Shown here piece after piece: positions 38,857-46,717 of a stretch of 64,000 bases of DNA. A program made the translations under genes and the position numbers. The notes beneath the pieces are model-generated. The model searched no databases. It worked only from the letters and a program-made list of their open reading frames with translations, and was not told where the DNA came from. Where the stretch lies: positions 11,159 to 75,158 of IMG/VR virus record IMGVR_UViG_3300037308_000202; one strand, 5' to 3'. The stretch's first letter is position 1. Each line of letters starts with the position of its first letter. Source of the DNA: a virus.

Positions 38857-39165
38857 TCAGTCGCCGAGTGCGAGCAAAAACACCTTGGTCGCGGTGTCGG
38901 CAAGCGTACCGTGGCCGGTGCCGCCCTTGTAGACCCGAACCGTTACCTTTTGGCTACAGCCCGGCTCAACGGGGTTTTTCTCGATCGCGATCAACGATTC
39001 TTCGTTGGCCACGATCGCCGCTGCTGACAGCGTCGCCGTAATCGAGCGCAAGCTGCGCAGCTCGGTGTCGACCACCAGCACGCCCGTGGCAGGCACCGTT
39101 ACCTCGGCACCTGCGACTTGCGGCAGGTGCCGCGAAAGACTCGTAACCGCTCCAACTTCGATCAT
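38857..39165 (-). CDS. Hypothetical small beta-rich protein (possible capsid cement/decoration)
   Basis: 102 aa; downstream of the capsid gene. Confidence 0.5.
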   Translation of the reverse strand: MIEVGAVTSLSRHLPQVAGAEVTVPATGVLVVDTELRSLRSITATLSAAAIVANEESLIAIEKNPVEPGCSQKVTVRVYKGGTGHGTLADTATKVFLLALGD

Positions 39166-39177
39166 GTTCGTTGCCTC

Positions 39178-39735
39178 TTAGCCGTACATGGCTTCAGTTA
39201 TCGCGGACACCAACTGCGCCTTGGTCATTGGCGCCGCGTTGACCACGCCGTACGCCTTCGCCATTTCGAGCAACTGCGGCTTGGGCATGGTCATGTTTGG
39301 ATCGGGCCATTCGCCCGCTTCGGTTGGCTCACTCACTGGGGTTGGTTCTGCAGCGCCTGGCGCCACTGCAACCGGCGCAGGGGCCGGTTGCGCACGCATC
39401 GTCGGAAACTCCAACTCCGAGGAAACCGGCGGGTTTGCCGCGACATTCAACGGCAACGGCATTGCCGCCGGCACCTCGGGTTGGATATTTCGATCAATCA
39501 CGCCGCCAGTGCGGGTGATCAACTGAGCCTGAGCCTTGTACGCTTCCCGCCGAACCACGCGCGTCGCCGCGGCGTCTCCCGCTTTATTGGTTGTCCAGTA
39601 TTTCGTGGACAGCAATTTTGCCGAATCCGCCTCTTTTACGTCCGTGATTTTGCCGTCGTTGTCCACATGATAAATCGTGCCGTTTACCATTACGCCGCGA
39701 TTTCGCATGTGGGGTTGGATTGCGTACAGGTCCAT
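39178..39735 (-). CDS. Post-capsid protein with C-terminal Rho-N/HeH-like helical domain
   Basis: C-terminal MTMPKPQLLEMAKAYGV...MTKAQLVSAI; Pro/Ala linker; AGGAG RBS. Confidence 0.6.
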   Translation of the reverse strand: MDLYAIQPHMRNRGVMVNGTIYHVDNDGKITDVKEADSAKLLSTKYWTTNKAGDAAATRVVRREAYKAQAQLITRTGGVIDRNIQPEVPAAMPLPLNVAANPPVSSELEFPTMRAQPAPAPVAVAPGAAEPTPVSEPTEAGEWPDPNMTMPKPQLLEMAKAYGVVNAAPMTKAQLVSAITEAMYG

Positions 39736-39748
39736 TTTTCTCGCTCCT

Positions 39749-39816
39749 GTTGTCTGGGCCGTCGATAGCGGGTGGGAACAAACCCACCCGCTATCGTGGG
39801 TTACCGCCCAGACAAC
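39749..39816 (-). promoter_or_regulatory. Long interrupted RNA hairpin between the capsid gene and the next gene
   Basis: Perfect 14-bp IR (39763-39776/39783-39796) inside an 11-bp IR (39749-39759/39806-39816); abuts the AGGAG at 39744-39748; no U-tract. Confidence 0.65.
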
Positions 39817-39844
39817 CCAGCGTCAAGCGCTACAGCGCCGCGCC

Positions 39845-41287
39845 TCAGTGCACGATCGAGCCGACGTTGCGGCCGACGTTGACGAACAACAGGTTTTTGC
39901 CCGGCGTATACATGACCGGGACACCGTACACGACTTGTGCCCAACGTACTGCCGTGTCCACCGTGGCGAGGGGGATACGCACCATCGGGGCCAACTGCTT
40001 GAAGGCCATCGACTCCTGATTTTGTTGGAACAGGAACGCGCTGGTGCAGTAGGGCAGGTAATCGTTGTAATCGTTGATCACCTGCTCGCCTGCGCCCGCG
40101 GTATTCTTGACCTTCAAAATCAACCGCTCGGTACCGGTCGCGCCGCCCACCTTGGTGCGGTAGACGCGGTAATAATCCACCGACGTTGCGCCGCCCGGGG
40201 TCATGCCCCAAGTGGTTTTTTCGGCCGCGCCAACGGTAATTGCCGTCGGGCCCGCAACGAGCGGCACCGCGGCCGAAACGCCGTAACGGTTGACCGCTTG
40301 GATCGTATAAAAATAATCGCCGGCGTCTTCGGTCATGAATTTCGACAACGCATCGGGGCCCGGCGTCGTGGCCGGTGTCGAAACGGTCGGCGTGCCCGGT
40401 CGCTTGGCAGCGTCGCCGCGCGCAACGCCAGGTCCGCCACCGTCCGTGATAAACACGTCGGAATTGAACCTCACGTTGCCACTCGGCGAAACGTAACCAG
40501 CGATGTCGAGGCCGATCATGCCGTCGCTGCGCTTCGAAAACAGGTCGTAACGCTCTTTCGGGAAAAATTGCTTGAGCAAATCCGCCTTGACGCGCGGCGC
40601 GCAATACAGGTCGGTCGCGAAACCGTAGTTGGGCGGATCCGACACGATCAGGGCGGCGTCGATCAACACATCCTCGGTCAACGGCCGGCCGCGCATGTCG
40701 ATGATATTCGTCGCGGGGCTTTGACTCTTGATCAACGCCTCGTAACCATCGAATTGCAGCGCCGACAAATTCGAGTCACCGAAAAACAGTGCGCGCTCGA
40801 GGCCGCGCAACAGGTGCATGGTGCCGTTGACGGTTTCTTGCGCAATCAACGCGCCATGGGCCGGCCGGATCATCGTCGCTACGTGCGACAATTTTCTGGT
40901 CGTGCCCATGAATTTCACGATCGAGTAACGGCGCTCGTAGGTCGCGTCGTCCTCTTCGGGCAGATCGGCCTCTGCAATCCACAGGCCATCCTCGTTCGAG
41001 CCGTAGTCCTTCAAGACGTTATGCTCGGCGACCGTGTTCCACTCGGGCAATTTTGTTATGTTTTTCCAAAAAACGATGTGTTCCATTTTCGACGTTTGGA
41101 TCTTCAACGTCGACTCGAGCGACTCCACGCGCATCGCGAAACCGTCGCCCGGAACCACTGACACGGGCGCGTTGATGTCTTGACCGACCTTCAACGCTTT
41201 GTTCAAATTTTCCACGTCATTCGGCGAGGCCACGCCAAAACCGTCCACGCCGTCGTAATCAGACCAAGAAACCATGTTCGGATTCAT
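39845..41287 (-). CDS. Major capsid protein (SPO1/Twort-type HK97 fold)
   Basis: AMRVESLESTLK...FWKNITK...TVAEHN..KDYG motif; AGGAG 8 nt upstream of the ATG at 41287; putative maturation site LNK|A near residue 30. Confidence 0.92.
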   Translation of the reverse strand: MNPNMVSWSDYDGVDGFGVASPNDVENLNKALKVGQDINAPVSVVPGDGFAMRVESLESTLKIQTSKMEHIVFWKNITKLPEWNTVAEHNVLKDYGSNEDGLWIAEADLPEEDDATYERRYSIVKFMGTTRKLSHVATMIRPAHGALIAQETVNGTMHLLRGLERALFFGDSNLSALQFDGYEALIKSQSPATNIIDMRGRPLTEDVLIDAALIVSDPPNYGFATDLYCAPRVKADLLKQFFPKERYDLFSKRSDGMIGLDIAGYVSPSGNVRFNSDVFITDGGGPGVARGDAAKRPGTPTVSTPATTPGPDALSKFMTEDAGDYFYTIQAVNRYGVSAAVPLVAGPTAITVGAAEKTTWGMTPGGATSVDYYRVYRTKVGGATGTERLILKVKNTAGAGEQVINDYNDYLPYCTSAFLFQQNQESMAFKQLAPMVRIPLATVDTAVRWAQVVYGVPVMYTPGKNLLFVNVGRNVGSIVH

Positions 41288-41337
41288 TCTCAAAACTCCT
41301 GTTTTTCGATCTCAGCTCTCGGGTTTTTCCGCGTGGC

Positions 41338-42219
41338 TCAGTGCATCGCCCGCAAGAATTCCCTGACCTCTGCTTGCACCGACGGGTTAGCCGTGCCCGC
41401 GCTCTCCAGCTCGGCGACGGCCAGATCGATCGGCTGGCCACAACGCAGCACGCCCGGACGACCCTCGCTCTTGCTCAGATCCATCATGCCCTCAAGCGCC
41501 TTGAGCATTTGGCCACGGCCCAAAGGCTCGCCACCGGGTTGCGCGCCAAAGCTCTTGTTGAGCGCCTGGGCGCCGCTCAAACGCGACTTGGGTTGGCGGG
41601 CGGGTTGCGACTCGATGACGCCGAGCCGCTCCGACATCGCCGCGGCAAGGCGCGCCGTGTCGGCGACGGCCTTGGCCAGCACCACGTTGAACTCGTGTTG
41701 CCGCGCGCCGCTCTGCTCGACCTGGGCGCCCAGATCGCCAAGCGACTTCACGAGCTGGCCGGTCTGCTCGGCCAAGAAATCCGACACGTCAAACGCTTCT
41801 TGCATCTTGGCGTTCTGGGTGAGGCCCTTGGTCAATTGGCTGGCGAGCTGGCTCGAGCCGTCTTCCTGATTGCCGAGCAACCGAAACAGCTCCTCGGTTT
41901 CCGACTTGGACAGCTCCTCGGACTGCGCCTTCGAAAGCAGCGTTTCCTTGCGCGTCGCGGGCGACGTTTGGGCGTACGCGTCCAGGCGATCGAGGCCCTT
42001 GCGCAAATCGTCGACGGTCACGCCGGCGTCATGGCTCTTGCGGTAGGCCTTCTCTTCCTTCTCCTCGCCTTCGCCCTCTTCCTCGCCGCCCTCACCGCCT
42101 TCGGCCTCGCCGCCTTCCTTCTCGTCGCCGCCCTCGGCTTCGTCCTCGTCCTCGGCCTTCTTCATGCCCTTTCGGACCGGCGCGGTGTTCGGCATCAACG
42201 GCACCTTCTTGAAACCCAT
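41338..42219 (-). CDS. Capsid scaffolding protein
   Basis: Lies between protease and capsid; acidic N-terminus, coiled coil, ~10 x-x-K-[A/S/G] motifs; AAGGAAGG RBS before the ATG at 42219. Confidence 0.7.
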   Translation of the reverse strand: MGFKKVPLMPNTAPVRKGMKKAEDEDEAEGGDEKEGGEAEGGEGGEEEGEGEEKEEKAYRKSHDAGVTVDDLRKGLDRLDAYAQTSPATRKETLLSKAQSEELSKSETEELFRLLGNQEDGSSQLASQLTKGLTQNAKMQEAFDVSDFLAEQTGQLVKSLGDLGAQVEQSGARQHEFNVVLAKAVADTARLAAAMSERLGVIESQPARQPKSRLSGAQALNKSFGAQPGGEPLGRGQMLKALEGMMDLSKSEGRPGVLRCGQPIDLAVAELESAGTANPSVQAEVREFLRAMH

Positions 42220-42232
42220 GGTGTTACCTTCC

Positions 42233-43333
42233 TTAAATTTCGCCGGCTTGCTTCCAGCGCCGGACGGTTTGAACAAACTTTATCGCTTGTTCGATTGGCA
42301 AATTCGGAATGCGATCGCGCACAAATTCGACCGCATCCGCCACACTCAACGATTTTTTCGCGTCAACGCCCGCCTCCATACGTTTTAGGCGGGTGTAATA
42401 ATCTGGTATTTCGGCCAGATGATCGCGCGCAATTTCGTGAGCGAGCTTTTTGTTTTTCGTGTGCTCGGCTTCCACTTTCGCGCCCATGCGAATTTGCTTG
42501 GGATCAAAAGCCGCATCCGTTTTGCCGGCAGCCTTTCCGCCTGGCAGCAAATCGGCTTTTGAGAATTGCTGATTTTTCAAGGCACGCTTTTTCTTGCGGT
42601 ATTTGGCGCGCCCATCGCCTTCGCGCTCCAAGTCCTCAACCGCCAGCACTGCGCCCGCACCCGCGCCCGTGCGCGGGCCCATGGGGTTTGATCCCGTCTC
42701 ACCCGTGCCCATGGTCAGCATTTTGCGCAGCGTCAATTTCGGTTTTGACTCGCTTTGCCGCGCCTCGGTAAATGCCTTGCTCAACACCTCCATGCTGGTG
42801 TTCGCATTTACGGGGCAATTCGTGACCGCGACGTTACGCACCTGCGCGGCAAGCACTGTGTCACCGACCCAAGCGCCTTGGCCGTCCGCCGACTTTTTGA
42901 AAACCGTTCGCGGGCCGCCCCGTCTGTGGATCTTGCCCTCGACCGAATACCCAAGCGCGCGGCCAGTCCCCTGCAGCGCCTTGCCAAGGCGCCAAATCTT
43001 GTCGGCGGGCTCCCAGTTTTCCAGCAAATAGCCTTCGAACCACGTGCAGTTTTCGTCGGCGGTTTTGCCGTTCGGCAAGCGCGCGCCCTTTTGGAAACGC
43101 TTGACGGTCGTGGGGTAGCCCAGCACGCCCTCGGCCGTCGCCTTGCTGTGGTTGTCGTTGAGCCACCCGGCTTTGAGAAACGGATCGAAGTCCAAGCCCG
43201 CCTGCTTAATCACTTCGCCCTCTTGGTCGCGCGCCTCAGTCGAGATCACGCCGCCGATCCGGCGCCGTTGACCCTGGGGGGCGCTGGCCTTCTCGAAAAA
43301 CTCGACCGGAACGTGAAAGCGAAAATCAGTCAT
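42233..43333 (-). CDS. Prohead (maturation) protease with C-terminal DUF5661-like domain
   Basis: STEARDQEGE, WLNDNH (His), LGYSVEG (Ser), VAVTNCPVN; C-terminal MGAKVEAEHT...EIARDHLAEIPDYYTRL. Confidence 0.85.
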   Translation of the reverse strand: MTDFRFHVPVEFFEKASAPQGQRRRIGGVISTEARDQEGEVIKQAGLDFDPFLKAGWLNDNHSKATAEGVLGYPTTVKRFQKGARLPNGKTADENCTWFEGYLLENWEPADKIWRLGKALQGTGRALGYSVEGKIHRRGGPRTVFKKSADGQGAWVGDTVLAAQVRNVAVTNCPVNANTSMEVLSKAFTEARQSESKPKLTLRKMLTMGTGETGSNPMGPRTGAGAGAVLAVEDLEREGDGRAKYRKKKRALKNQQFSKADLLPGGKAAGKTDAAFDPKQIRMGAKVEAEHTKNKKLAHEIARDHLAEIPDYYTRLKRMEAGVDAKKSLSVADAVEFVRDRIPNLPIEQAIKFVQTVRRWKQAGEI

Positions 43334-43345
43334 GTGCAAGCCACC

Positions 43346-43391
43346 AAAAACAAAAAAGGGCGGATCGGCCGACCACCGGCACAATCCGCCC
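43346..43391 (-). terminator. Intrinsic terminator/attenuator immediately upstream of the protease start
   Basis: Minus strand reads GGGCGGAT...ATCCGCCC-TTTTTTGTTTTT, ending 13 nt before the protease ATG. Confidence 0.65.
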
Positions 43392-43497
43392 CTAACCGCG
43401 GCCAAAGCCGCCTACCGGGCGTCTACGCGCCAAACTGCGCGCTCGTCTTACTGCAGGCACAGACTAAGCGGGGCCCGCCAAAAGGTACAAGCCCTAT

Positions 43498-43710
43498 TCA
43501 GCGCGTCGGTGTTGACGGCACAAAAAGGCGCTCGGTTGCGATCTCAATTCCCGGGTTTAGCTGGATCGGCACTTCAACTTGCTTGCCGCACCAGTGGCAA
43601 GCCGCGTGACATTTCCCCTCGGCGTCAAATACGTGCACGCCATCCGTGCGCAAGCGGATCACCGATCCCACACGCTGTAGCAGCCGGTTTTTGCAGTGCG
43701 GACAACGCAC
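43498..43710 (-). CDS. Com-like zinc-ribbon protein
   Basis: RCPHCKNRLL...CHWCG; resembles the Mu Com RCxxCxxLL...CxxC pattern. Confidence 0.55.
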   Translation of the reverse strand: MRCPHCKNRLLQRVGSVIRLRTDGVHVFDAEGKCHAACHWCGKQVEVPIQLNPGIEIATERLFVPSTPTR

Positions 43711-43713
43711 GCG

Positions 43714-46452
43714 TCAGCCTCGCCGCTTGCGCGCTTCCGCGCTATCCGCCAGGTTGGGTTGGGCTGTGACGCGTTTGCGCTGCAGCTCCTCGACGTGCGC
43801 CTTGTTTCGCTCCGCGTCTTTCGCGGGATAGGATCCGTGGTGCTTCGCCGGCACCACAATTTTGACCGACCGCGGGGCCGCCTCTGGGATCTGATAAATC
43901 GCCTTGTCGCGAAACCAATGGTCGATGTCGGTTTCGTCCTGTTGCATCGCCTCCAGCTCCTCGCGCGGCGTCGGTCGCCAACCAACTTGGCGCGCATACG
44001 GTTGCCGCGGCGCCGCGCCCACGGCGTAATTGGAGCCTGTGCCCAGGCTCGCGTTGCCGCGTTGCGCGTGCTCAGCCGCGGGCCCAAGGAGCGCCGCTGC
44101 GGCGCCGTCGCTACCGTGAAACGTGGCCTTGTTGAGCGGCACCACGAGCTTTAGGCGCGCCTTGCTCGGCAATGCGGCTTCAACGTCGGCAACCTCCGTG
44201 CCCTCGAGCCAACGTTGCAACTGATCGATCGTGACCTCGGACACTGCACCGAAAAAATCCGCCGGCGTATCGTAGTGCATCTCATACGCGTTGATCGCGC
44301 TGCGCTGGTCGGCGAACCCCACCATTACCTTGTCCTCGTCGTAGACACCGGTCGCGGGATTTTGCTGGTGAACGATCCACGCTCGAGGCGCCTCGGGGTT
44401 TGGGCCCAAAAACACGTCGACACCATCGCCATCGGCGCCCGTCGTGCGCTCCGCAAACCCGTACGCGCATTGCATGCGCGTCAGCCCTTCGCGGCCCTGG
44501 CTGTCGCGCCAGTGTCGGATCGAGCCCACCGGGTTTTCGATCCGCACCCGAATGCCCTGGTAATCGACCACGTCGGCGACCTCGAGCGCGCGGCGCAGAT
44601 CCTCGCCGCGACGTACGCGCCAATAGGCTTCGCTCTTGCCGTACTCTTCGCCCAGCTCGCCGTCGGGAACCATTTGGCCATCCTCGTTGAACCCCCAGCC
44701 GTCAGGCACCCGGATCAATTGGCACTGGCAGTTATGCACGACCAAACCGTTCGCCGTGAACGAATGCGATCGTGTCGTCAGGTTGTAGACGACACCGCGA
44801 TAAAAATCCGAACTGGCATTGACAATAGGATCAGGTTTTGCGATCCCAGCACAATGGCTAGCGTCTATGGTTCTTTTCGGCGCAAACTCGATATCGCCGT
44901 TATTGTAGATCTGCATTTCCACAAATTGTTGTCGATCCAAGAAATAGCCAGCAACCTCGGCGTCGCTCGCGGGACGATAGTAACGCGGTTGAAGCGGGCT
45001 AACCTCACTCCCAGAAATAAATCGGAGGCCATGCGCAACCGGATGCAGCGTTTGACCCCCGCTGCCCGCCGGCAAAATATCGCCGCCTTCCACGCCACTA
45101 TCCGAGGCAAGCCCAAGCCCGCCCGCTTCATCTTGGCGAGCCTCCGCGCTCAAGTCGGTAAATTCAAATCGACCAACGAACGCTTGGTTTACGAGGCGAT
45201 CTGCGCCCGTGGGTTGCTTCCACAAATCAACTGCCTGGTTGACAGGTTCTTGGTTGATCTCGCCTTCCCCGACATACGTTTGGCCGTCGAAGTGGATGGC
45301 GGTAATTGGCACACCACTCCGCGAAAATCCAAACGAGATTTTCGCAAAGCGCAAATCCTCCAACAACTCGGCTGGCACATTCACCGGATCCAAATTTGTC
45401 AAAAACCCAACCTCCCCGCCGAAATTGATCAAGTCGTCGCCTTGCACAAGTTTTTGTGCAACAACCCAACCCCGATCAGTGTCAAACGGGTGATTCGCCG
45501 TAGCTGTGACCGTCGCGCCTGATGCACACTTGATCGTCGTAATTTCGCCTGAATATAACGACACCCACGTATGGCTAATTGGTTCCCACGTACCCTCGCG
45601 CGACAATACCAACTCGCCCGGGCGTAAATCCTCAATCGCTTTTGCCCCCGTACTTGCCAAAACTTGAGTACCCGGCGGGAAACAGTGCGGGTGAAGCGGC
45701 GGCACTGTCGGCAGCCAGTCGCGCGCTTTGCGTCCAACGTTGGTCCCGTTCCCGTCCAAGTCTTCGAGCGCAAAAATAATTGGCTGCCCGTCACCGCCCA
45801 AATAAAGCCGCTGGCAATGCGGGCATGCGTCGGGCATCGTGCGCACGGCGACTCGGCCTTTACCGCCGTAGCGCTTGCCGTAATATTCCGCAACGCCGCG
45901 CTGCATGGCGAAATGGTTTTCGGTGTTGGCAATCCGCTGCCAATCGCGCGCCCAGTCTTTGGTCGCCCAACCCAGGTCGCTTTTTAGCTGTTTTACCGTC
46001 TCACGCTCGGCAATATTGCGCTCGGTTGCGGTCCTTATTTCATGCCGCATTTGCCGGCGCAAATTGGCGTCGGCTTCGATGAGTAGCGCGCCTGTGTCTT
46101 GAGCCACACGATTACCGAGACCCACGCAATAATCACCTGCGCGCTGGCGCGCAAACGCCATAGCGTCACGTTCAATTGACGTAAGGGGAATCGGATGTTT
46201 GCGCAGATAACGCTTGAACTCCTCATAACCCATTCCTGCAACTTGGGGGTTTTCAGCCGCGGCCAAGATCTGGCCGTAAATATACGCGTCGCCAACGGTA
46301 TCGATCCGCACGTTGATCAACCCAAGCCGGCGCAACCGCGCCAATAAATCCGGCGCGAGCGCGTCAGGGCTAATCGTGTTGGCGATAAATGCCGCGTGGT
46401 AGTTTTCGACAATTTGCCGAATTTCGCGTAATTGTTCCGGTGTGAGCAGCAT
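43714..46452 (-). CDS. MuF-like head morphogenesis protein containing an intein and a C-terminal InPase-like domain
   Basis: DWQRIANTE, DACPHC..LY, PPLHPH|CQCQL (MuF PPLHPxCxC motif split by the intein); C-terminal IENPVGSIR...YG...TTGADGDGVDVFLG...DEDKVMVGF. Confidence 0.88.
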   Translation of the reverse strand: MLLTPEQLREIRQIVENYHAAFIANTISPDALAPDLLARLRRLGLINVRIDTVGDAYIYGQILAAAENPQVAGMGYEEFKRYLRKHPIPLTSIERDAMAFARQRAGDYCVGLGNRVAQDTGALLIEADANLRRQMRHEIRTATERNIAERETVKQLKSDLGWATKDWARDWQRIANTENHFAMQRGVAEYYGKRYGGKGRVAVRTMPDACPHCQRLYLGGDGQPIIFALEDLDGNGTNVGRKARDWLPTVPPLHPHCFPPGTQVLASTGAKAIEDLRPGELVLSREGTWEPISHTWVSLYSGEITTIKCASGATVTATANHPFDTDRGWVVAQKLVQGDDLINFGGEVGFLTNLDPVNVPAELLEDLRFAKISFGFSRSGVPITAIHFDGQTYVGEGEINQEPVNQAVDLWKQPTGADRLVNQAFVGRFEFTDLSAEARQDEAGGLGLASDSGVEGGDILPAGSGGQTLHPVAHGLRFISGSEVSPLQPRYYRPASDAEVAGYFLDRQQFVEMQIYNNGDIEFAPKRTIDASHCAGIAKPDPIVNASSDFYRGVVYNLTTRSHSFTANGLVVHNCQCQLIRVPDGWGFNEDGQMVPDGELGEEYGKSEAYWRVRRGEDLRRALEVADVVDYQGIRVRIENPVGSIRHWRDSQGREGLTRMQCAYGFAERTTGADGDGVDVFLGPNPEAPRAWIVHQQNPATGVYDEDKVMVGFADQRSAINAYEMHYDTPADFFGAVSEVTIDQLQRWLEGTEVADVEAALPSKARLKLVVPLNKATFHGSDGAAAALLGPAAEHAQRGNASLGTGSNYAVGAAPRQPYARQVGWRPTPREELEAMQQDETDIDHWFRDKAIYQIPEAAPRSVKIVVPAKHHGSYPAKDAERNKAHVEELQRKRVTAQPNLADSAEARKRRG
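44731..45684 (-). mobile_element. Intein (318 aa) inserted in the MuF PPLHPH|CxC motif
   Basis: Block A CFPPGTQV (45684), block B TATANHPF, block F/G VYNLTTRSHSFTANGLVVHN ending at 44731, followed by +1 Cys. Confidence 0.93.
44854..45522 (+). CDS. HTH + DUF559/Vsr-like endonuclease encoded antisense inside the intein
   Basis: 222 aa; LSIQEIASNLGVARGTIVTRLKR HTH; ERLVYEAI...VDLAFPDIRLAVEVDGGNWH...KRDFRKAQILQQLGWHIHRI DUF559 signature. Confidence 0.85.
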   Translation: MASVYGSFRRKLDIAVIVDLHFHKLLSIQEIASNLGVARGTIVTRLKRANLTPRNKSEAMRNRMQRLTPAARRQNIAAFHATIRGKPKPARFILASLRAQVGKFKSTNERLVYEAICARGLLPQINCLVDRFLVDLAFPDIRLAVEVDGGNWHTTPRKSKRDFRKAQILQQLGWHIHRIQICQKPNLPAEIDQVVALHKFLCNNPTPISVKRVIRRSCDRRA

Positions 46453-46456
46453 CGCG

Positions 46457-46717
46457 TTACCTCTTGGTACGTTGCGGATGGATCAGCGGGCGAAAGTCAC
46501 ATATCCCCAGCATGATCGGTTGCCCTAACGTAGGGCAAAACCCGAAATGGGTGAACGTCTCGAAAAGCCCCGCCTCGATGTGGCCATGAAATTCGAAAAA
46601 TTCCAAATCCTCGTGGCATTTATGGCACCGGGGGCAGTCCTTTACGGTCTCTTTGATTGGCAGATCAGGCACGCTAATCCACCGATCGAAGCTTTCGCGC
46701 CAGGTCCAAAAGCTCAT
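46457..46717 (-). CDS. Small Cys/His-rich hypothetical protein (real start possibly GTG at 46672)
   Basis: CPRCHKCH...THFGFCP; sits between the giant gene and MuF. Confidence 0.5.
   Translation of the reverse strand: MSFWTWRESFDRWISVPDLPIKETVKDCPRCHKCHEDLEFFEFHGHIEAGLFETFTHFGFCPTLGQPIMLGICDFRPLIHPQRTKR

Noticed and set aside
39677-42771. Long plus-strand ORFs (39677-41161, 41341-42771) opposite the capsid and scaffold genes
   Set aside because: Typical antisense shadows of high-GC genes with no recognisable motifs, unlike the antisense ORF in the intein, which has a clear HTH + nuclease signature
44215-44853. 5' part of the 435-aa plus-strand ORF 44215-45522
   Set aside because: Shadow of the MuF C-extein; protein-like sequence starts only at Met 44854
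44731-45684. Group I intron interpretation of the MuF insertion
   Set aside because: The insertion is in-frame, stop-free and has all intein splicing residues (C1, block B His, HN, +1 Cys)
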